A stretch of 64,000 nucleotides of DNA from a virus. The position numbers were made by a program, and so were the translations under genes. The stretch spans positions 32,001-96,000 of IMG/VR virus record IMGVR_UViG_3300046167_000554; one strand, 5' to 3'. Of the stretch, positions 59,501 to 64,000 are shown one piece after another (position 1 is the stretch's first letter; every line of letters begins with the position of its first letter). A model generated the notes under the pieces. That model searched no databases. It saw nothing but the letters and a program-made list of their open reading frames with translations, and was not told the origin of the DNA.

Positions 59501-60252
59501 TTGATGCAATTCATACAATGATACCAAATGTTCAATTAAAGAACACTAATATCTTTGTTGCAGTTAAGACAACCCCTATGAATTCACCTGAAGGGTCAAT
59601 CAGTGGAACAGTATATTCTAGAAGAACAAGTTCAGAGTTTATAACACTGAATGATAACGTGTTCTTTGATTCACCAAGTATTATTGCATCTCCAATTAAT
59701 GAAGTAAGTGAAATGTCAAGTACTAAATCATTTGAATGTGCAGTACAATTACAATCATACAACCCTAATTTATCCCCAATTATTGATACAGGGTCTATTG
59801 GTGCAATTGCAATTGCAAACAGACTAAACAACATAGATACCAGTGCAGATGTACCTACAGGAACCACGTATGTGAGTTCTAACGAACCCGAAGGAGATAA
59901 CAATGCAATGGTGTACGTCACACGTAAGGTGAACCTTAAAACACCTGCTAGTTCAATTAGAGTAACAGCAGATGTCTTTAGACCACCTACAACAGATGTG
60001 AAGTTTATGTATAAGATTATTAAGAACGATGAAGACACACCATTAGATGATATCGGTTTCTCATACTTTAATACAGATGGTTCACCCGATATATCAACAG
60101 AAGCAGATGCAAGAAACTTTAAAGAATATGAATTCACTGCAGATGATTTGCCTGAGTTTAGTTCATTCATTATTAAAATCGTAGGACAAGGAGAAAGTAC
60201 ATCAGTAGTACCATTGGTATCTGCATTGAGATGTATTGCACTTGCAACGTAA
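53551..60252 (+). CDS. Large virion structural protein (DUF4815/VrlC-like)
   Basis: N..PYYDD, QARELT..QSILQ.Q, A.GADRLK, RTFD..G.F, GKAYV.G, RYTM.DIG, DRFK.GF.VDNF, DPLAQSF and W...Q..DLKF motifs. Confidence 0.85.
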   Translation: MPEKTDLNISPYYDDYSEDKNFHKVLYRAGRPIQARELTQSQSILQNQIERFGDHMFEEGSIVQGAQTDVDMEMYYVKVKSANPNDSGTATSETYRTSFHGKLVIGQTSGVVAKVLSSSAETSTDKMTLFVKYMRQGTDSANSFKFTANEELRECQVDSGGTYSEVSNNNEFQVETTANAPCGIGSMSKISEGIIYLRGFFVKVDAQELILEKYSFKPSYRIGLTITESMVDSSSDTSLQDNSTGTSNENAAGADRLKVGLTLSKFTITETTDANFVELARVNQGVIEMKVNRPMYNAIENTLARRTFDANGDFIVTQFTQSMREHLDNTINRGFYPAKNGGDESQFVMQISPGKAYVRGYEIDKIGTTTVPFPKARTTKSLANTKTPIRLGNKLKVKNAHSFPEFGNESSGQSQSPFGVVKIYDAVVASVGTENASGHIGFARVRDIDHKSGTSSSGVFANSSIFNMYMFDIKMFTKLTGTASGTINVGDKVTGNESNATGIVAYKSNNDLYLHDVIGSFLTSGTEDLTFGNSTGSFANISAVRSYNIDRARSLFQAPKVGGSAQKFTADISLDADKVLSGTLNMTLNSPTVTGFGTRFSAELKEGDILVDGVGNERIIQSFNADFSEITLTDGAVATYSGNVTRRRAKLDDQDQTANIFAWPRNWVKTHDADFIKVRRQQTETISSSGAIQISQTDGAFEARNADNFSISVVDVTGATSPTLGNGDILNIEDYTSASPTENGDGQNISISGFGAANEDVILKVTYSILIADPDARSKDHRKGRVLKVSGDRSGSYTGVYGSAFADKEITLGVADVFKIHAIYEGTGGTTPLSPNATFANTVGTFANYETIVGQTSDARAVIIDFNAGATSYYYMISGVFTEDESIVGQTSGATGTVDSVSQGSPNIKNRYFFDNGQRDGYYDLGKISLKPGEPAPSNSIIIVFDYFEAGAGDFFDVGSYDESLYKEIPVYSPNKVDLGGLEPDGTFELSDCVDFRPVAGIVHNDTDFGTAPMNVASPTDLSTAIQFAPFGYETGTSFDSSRTGISQTNASTPDTPINGSTVQGDITFYVGRIDKLFLHQSGIFQIATGIPALSPTKPKVIDNAIELFELQIPPYTAKLDSIRVRSQDHRRYTMKDIGKINNRVTNLERVTSLSLLEKDTQTKQILDADGFDRFKSGFLVDNFRGHKIGDVNHPDYRVAIDTKLGVLRPQSYSQFFDMTLNTASSQNFTQTGDLITLPYSEVSYVNQSKASRHINVNPYHVFAFIGTVKLTPESDIWNDSERLPEVKINREGNFDAVMSENANAMGTVWNSWQTTWAGEPSVVSSEVSATSNGSWSGDPSQGGEWVAGLEITREITETPEIQTRTGVTTSVVEDIVETRNDRIVSVALIPFIRSRTIEIDATNLKPNSNHYFYFDNIAVDKYVRPHSATYSQDSGVTTTSYCKTDGNGRLRAFFTIPNNDTERFPTGQRELRVTSSFYNLSNPASNGSGMYQAQGLLQSSQTEITATRNGRVILDRVRGERTINRRGERLATSTFDENAPPIPVDQTPPILDPIDELPPVPPRGPQLPPPPPPPPPIVPPILPPVIDRPVPIELPIIIDDRGPNVRDFVLVPDGRFVSSRLERGWGDPLAQSFLVEAAGGMMMSSIDIFFQSKDANLPVSVDIRNMVNGYPGQTILPFSTVTKNPEDVNVSEDGATATTFTFDSPVLLEEDCEYCFVVYSNSNEYECFISRMGETDLATSQTISGQPYAGSLFMSQNASTWTAEQTDDLKFNMKIAKFDTSKTPVLYFENNDLSSAKLQESPIETFSGQTYVKVYNYMHGMYNTASNVTLSGVTGDKTGCVMTIGTPSVTGTPNNGTFTGKASTGGTGTGLTFDITVVDNAITSCTIATTGSGYTAADSITITDFDGATTADATVTVSTVEDTLGGIPVNAINKTFTTIANMGIDSFTVVPDLSPYNLKTSYASDDSTLGGGANVMSTRNYYFDAIHTMIPNVQLKNTNIFVAVKTTPMNSPEGSISGTVYSRRTSSEFITLNDNVFFDSPSIIASPINEVSEMSSTKSFECAVQLQSYNPNLSPIIDTGSIGAIAIANRLNNIDTSADVPTGTTYVSSNEPEGDNNAMVYVTRKVNLKTPASSIRVTADVFRPPTTDVKFMYKIIKNDEDTPLDDIGFSYFNTDGSPDISTEADARNFKEYEFTADDLPEFSSFIIKIVGQGESTSVVPLVSALRCIALAT

Positions 60253-60458
60253 TGGGAGTAAAGGTAGACGGACACTCAAAACTAGAACGAGATGAGAGTT
60301 CACACGCAATAGTTAATACTGATATGGAACAGTATAGACTTGCAAAGAAACGAAAAGAAGTATTTCATAATCAAAAAAATGAAATAAATACATTAAAGGA
60401 AGAAGTATCTGAAATAAAAGGACTTCTTCAGAATATTTTAGGAAAATTAAATGGCTAA
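60252..60458 (+). CDS. Small coiled-coil protein conserved after DUF4815 genes
   Basis: KV.G...L.RD..S.AI.N.D...Y; LK.E..EIK.LL. Confidence 0.75.
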   Translation: MGVKVDGHSKLERDESSHAIVNTDMEQYRLAKKRKEVFHNQKNEINTLKEEVSEIKGLLQNILGKLNG

Positions 60459-61704
60459 GACTGTAGACACATTCAGTACTATTGAAGACTTCAGAGTCAG
60501 GTATAACGAACTTGCAACTGATGTCGGAGATAAGTCGGGACTAAGAACTCAACAAACGGGTACTATTATTGATGCTGTAAATTCTATAGAAGATAAATCA
60601 TTCTTCTTCCAAGAGTTTATTTACAATGTAACATCATCACAAACAGTATTCAATGGAGACGATGCATTTGATAATTCCTTACTTTTCAGAAGAGATAGAA
60701 TTCAAGTATTCCATATAGATGGTGGAGTAAGTAAACACTTACTAGAGGGTAATGACTACTCTATTGCATCACCTGATGGAAATCTTCATAAAGAAATTCA
60801 ATTAAACGTAGCTGCAGAAAGTGGAGATAAACTAGTTGTTTACTCATTCACTGGTTCTTACTTAGGAACTGTTTCAAGTGGAACAGGTGCAGTTGGATAC
60901 TTCTCAGAAACATCTGCAAACACAATCTATAATAACAATGATAGTGGAATAATTTTAAATGGAACTTCAGTAGGAAGAACTACAGCACTTGAATCAGGTT
61001 ATGAAATACAATTAGCAGGTGAAACATACGTAGAAGATAACGTAACACTTGCAACAAGTAAGACACTTACTGCACCTACTTTGACTACAGGTGGTGCATC
61101 TATTACAGGAACAACTGGAACAGGATTTACAAACATAACATCCACATTGTTTAGTGGTAATGTTAATGGTACAACTGCAACCTTATCGGGTACAGTTACT
61201 GGTGGTTCTTTAACAGATGGTACTTTAACTTCTACAGGTGGTACTATTACTGGTGCAGCTTCTATTACATCTACAAAATTCGTAGGTGATGTCTATAAGG
61301 ATGATGGAACCACAAAGATTTTAGAAAACTCAACGGGTGCATTGACTGGTACAGTATCTAGTTTATCAAACCATGATACCGATGACCTTTCAGAAGGTAC
61401 TGCAAAATTCTTTACTGATGCAAGAGCAAGAAGTGCAATTAGTGTTGGTGGAGATTTAACATATAATAGTAGTACAGGTGTGATTTCCTTTACTCAAACT
61501 GAAGGTGATATCACTGCAATTACTACAAATAGTAGTAGTGGTTTGTCAGGTGGAGTCACAGTAGGAGCAGCTTCTTTGTCTGTAAATACATCGAATGGTG
61601 TGAAAAAAGTAAGTAATAATGTAGTTTTAGATTATGAGACTGTAAGTTCTGCACCAAGTAGTGTTGGTTCAACTTCAACTGGTCACTTATGGTTTGTGAT
61701 ATGA
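60451..61704 (+). CDS. Fibre protein (fibritin-like N-terminus, Thr/Gly-rich shaft)
   Basis: T.E.FR...N..A.DVGD...L.T...II.AVN; TDDLSEG..FFT.ARAR.AIS; C-terminal AP......G.LWF. Confidence 0.7.
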   Translation: MAKTVDTFSTIEDFRVRYNELATDVGDKSGLRTQQTGTIIDAVNSIEDKSFFFQEFIYNVTSSQTVFNGDDAFDNSLLFRRDRIQVFHIDGGVSKHLLEGNDYSIASPDGNLHKEIQLNVAAESGDKLVVYSFTGSYLGTVSSGTGAVGYFSETSANTIYNNNDSGIILNGTSVGRTTALESGYEIQLAGETYVEDNVTLATSKTLTAPTLTTGGASITGTTGTGFTNITSTLFSGNVNGTTATLSGTVTGGSLTDGTLTSTGGTITGAASITSTKFVGDVYKDDGTTKILENSTGALTGTVSSLSNHDTDDLSEGTAKFFTDARARSAISVGGDLTYNSSTGVISFTQTEGDITAITTNSSSGLSGGVTVGAASLSVNTSNGVKKVSNNVVLDYETVSSAPSSVGSTSTGHLWFVI

Positions 61705-61705
61705 T

Positions 61706-63013
61706 ATGTCAGACGAAATATATTTAAATACTGGTACAACGATACAACAGCCCTATCAAGCGCAAGGGCCTGCTAACGCACAACAACCCGTTATTGCACA
61801 ACAGGTTAGAAACTATACTGCTAATGCAAGACAACCTAGTGAGTATCAGACTCGTACACCATTTACATATAGAAATCCAAGTAATGCACGTCAACCTAGT
61901 ATAAGGAATACACAAAGTCCCTTTACATATGCAAGACAAGGTCAATCACCATTTACGTATAACTTTAGGTCACCTAGTACATATACAAGACAGGGTCAAA
62001 CACCATTTACATACAGTCATAGACAACCTATAACATATGCAAGACAGGGTCAAACACCATTTACGTATGATTATCAGTCACCTTCAACATATAGAACCCC
62101 TGTAAATCAACAAGAACCTAATATAAGGAGTAAACAATCTCCTTTTACATATGGTCATCCAGCAGCTGCCCAATCACCTTTTACATATAACTATAGAAGT
62201 CCGTTTACGTATCAAAGAACTGGTCAGTCACCATTTACATATCAAGCAACTGGGACAACACCAGTGATATACAGTTACCAACAACCTTTTCCGTATATTG
62301 CAAATGGACAGCAACCAAACATAAGGAATGCACAACAACCATATCCATATAGTACTACACAAGCATCTTCCCATCAGCAACCAAATTTAGCAAGTGGAAG
62401 ACAACCTTACATATATGCAGCGTACACTTATCACAATACTGGTTCTACAGGAACTACTGCCCCAGTATATCAAATAGATGTTAGTTCACAAGACCAAAAT
62501 GATGCGAATGCTTATATTTGGGTTAAAACTGTAGGAAGTAATTTAGAAGTATATGTATCTGCAAACTTCGACAATTATGCTGACTTTACATCAACAAGTG
62601 GTGGCAGTGGGACTATAAGTACTAACACTAATTATAAAGTTGCAACATTGGTAGATGGAGCTGGGTATAAAGTAAGATATACAGCAGGTAGTTACTATAA
62701 TATAACACAAGAGGGTGGTGAACCTACAGTAATAGGATTAGTACTAGCAAGTAATGTTCCAAACTCAACCAGTACAACTGGTGGTGTTACTATAGGAACA
62801 AACTCACTTTGGGGGTCAGGTAGTGTTCATTATGTACGTTCTAGAGTTCGTGCTTTGCCAGATGAAGGATTTGAAGGAATCGGAAGTGCTGGTGCGTCTG
62901 TAGATATAAATCTATTCTTTGATAAAACAGGAGCTACAACTATCTCATACCCAATTTCAATGATGTGTGAAACAGATTTCCCTGAAGAGGAAGAAGAGGA
63001 AGAAGGAGTATAA
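61706..63013 (+). CDS. Gln/Pro/Tyr repeat fibre protein A (22 repeat units plus C-terminal beta-rich domain)
   Basis: Units ending (Q/R)xP across residues 17-234; globular C-terminal domain; poly-Glu tail. Confidence 0.75.
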   Translation: MSDEIYLNTGTTIQQPYQAQGPANAQQPVIAQQVRNYTANARQPSEYQTRTPFTYRNPSNARQPSIRNTQSPFTYARQGQSPFTYNFRSPSTYTRQGQTPFTYSHRQPITYARQGQTPFTYDYQSPSTYRTPVNQQEPNIRSKQSPFTYGHPAAAQSPFTYNYRSPFTYQRTGQSPFTYQATGTTPVIYSYQQPFPYIANGQQPNIRNAQQPYPYSTTQASSHQQPNLASGRQPYIYAAYTYHNTGSTGTTAPVYQIDVSSQDQNDANAYIWVKTVGSNLEVYVSANFDNYADFTSTSGGSGTISTNTNYKVATLVDGAGYKVRYTAGSYYNITQEGGEPTVIGLVLASNVPNSTSTTGGVTIGTNSLWGSGSVHYVRSRVRALPDEGFEGIGSAGASVDINLFFDKTGATTISYPISMMCETDFPEEEEEEEGV

Positions 63014-63016
63014 ACC

Positions 63017-63838
63017 ATGCCTACAGGACAACAGCCATATATATACCAACACCAAATCGTGTTCCAACAGGTAACTATTACTGAGCTTCAAGGACAGTCT
63101 CCTTTTACTTATCAACATCAGTCTCCTTTTACTTATCAAAATTCAGGAAGAAATCCTATTGCTAATGTATCTGCACAACAACCTTTTCCGTATATTGCAA
63201 ATGGACAGCAACCTTATCCATATATTGCAAATGGACAAGAACCAAACATAAGGAATGCACAACAACAGTTCTTTTATCAAGACCAAAGGAATGCAAGACA
63301 ACCTATTATCTATCAACATAGGTCTCCACTTACATATAGAAATCCTGTTAATGCACAAAATCCTATAAGTGGAGTTAATGCACAACAACCTTACCCTTAC
63401 ATTGCAAATGGTCAAAGTCCATATATTGCAGATGCACAACAACCATATCCGTATACTGCAAATGCACAAAATCCAAGTATCGAATCTGCACAACAACCTT
63501 ATCCATATATTGCAAATGCAAGAAACCCTAGTACATATCAACATAGGTCTCCACTTACGTATAGGAATCCTGTATCGGGTCAACAACCTCATATTGTAAA
63601 TAAACAATCACCATTTTTCTATACAGGTTCTTACCAAGTAGCGTATGCATATAGAAGTCCATTCATTGCACAAGTGCAACAACCCTCAACTAGACCTGTA
63701 GGCCCAGTTGCAAAAGTAAAAGGAATATACCGAAATAATAACGGAACTGTAGAGAAAGTAAACCAAGTATATGTAAATGATGGTGGTTCTTTAGAAAAAA
63801 TTCATCAATCTGTACCTACTGCTCAGTTTCAGAAATAA
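63017..63838 (+). CDS. Gln/Pro/Tyr repeat fibre protein B (22 repeat units, mirror image of protein A)
   Basis: SD AGGAG; units across residues 8-227; C-terminal GIY.N..G....V..VYVN.GG. Confidence 0.75.
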   Translation: MPTGQQPYIYQHQIVFQQVTITELQGQSPFTYQHQSPFTYQNSGRNPIANVSAQQPFPYIANGQQPYPYIANGQEPNIRNAQQQFFYQDQRNARQPIIYQHRSPLTYRNPVNAQNPISGVNAQQPYPYIANGQSPYIADAQQPYPYTANAQNPSIESAQQPYPYIANARNPSTYQHRSPLTYRNPVSGQQPHIVNKQSPFFYTGSYQVAYAYRSPFIAQVQQPSTRPVGPVAKVKGIYRNNNGTVEKVNQVYVNDGGSLEKIHQSVPTAQFQK

Positions 63839-63843
63839 TTCTG

Positions 63844-63851
63844 TATAAATA
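63844..63851 (+). promoter_or_regulatory. Late promoter
   Basis: TATAAATA 5 nt before an ATG. Confidence 0.8.
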
Positions 63852-63856
63852 GTTAT

Positions 63857-64000
63857 ATGGCTATACTTGCAAACTTATTCATCGACCAAGGCACCGACTT
63901 TTCTATTACTGTAGATGTAACAGATAGTAATGGTGAAATTTTAAATATGTCAGGATATTCTTCTGCTGGTCAAATTAGAAAGACTTATGAGTCTTCAACA
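63857..64000 (+). CDS. Conserved T4-like virion protein (5' part; runs off the window)
   Basis: MAILANLFIDQGTDFSITVDV...SGY...QIRK.Y.S. Confidence 0.8.
   Translation, partial: MAILANLFIDQGTDFSITVDVTDSNGEILNMSGYSSAGQIRKTYESST

Noticed and set aside
61754-63697. CRISPR array or diversity-generating retroelement template/variable repeats
   Set aside because: The repeats are in-frame coding units without constant-length unique spacers; differences are not adenine-specific and there is no reverse transcriptase in the window.
1-64000. Alternative genetic code (stop-codon reassignment)
   Set aside because: TAA, TAG and TGA all end conserved genes at the expected positions; gene breaks are frame shifts rather than in-frame stops.

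Overview
The window is a 64 kb segment of a large, AT-rich T4-like (myovirus) phage genome; the gene content resembles that of marine T4-like phages, and the host is probably a Gram-negative proteobacterium. 1-31.9 kb is an accessory and replication region. It carries a QueC-like enzyme, glutaredoxin, a spanin pair, about seven 2OG-Fe(II) oxygenases, tRNA-Ala(UGC), a TorF-like porin, a split carbamoyltransferase, IscA/HesB, RNase H, a radical SAM/SPASM enzyme, gp33, gp59, gp32 and ribosomal protein bS21, plus a probable replication origin at 10.5-11.8 kb. 32-64 kb is the late baseplate/tail module (gp2, 54, 26, 51, tape-measure-like, gp4, 48, 53, 27-like, 5, 25, 6, 7, 8, DUF4815, fibres), with a reverse-strand KdsB/HAD insert. 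Many conserved genes carry small indels that look like sequencing errors. The most striking observation is at 61706-63838. Two adjacent fibre genes encode Gln/Pro/Tyr repeat arrays whose 22 unit lengths are mirror images and whose unit types pair by a fixed rule, which suggests a two-chain antiparallel beta-ribbon zipper with a base-pairing-like protein code. Other findings are a candidate -1 frameshift joining gp26 and gp51, repeated terminator/promoter cassettes, many apparently leaderless transcripts, several candidate structured RNAs, a candidate CMP-sugar glycosylation pathway and apparent restriction-site avoidance. All family assignments come from motif recognition by eye; no searches were run.
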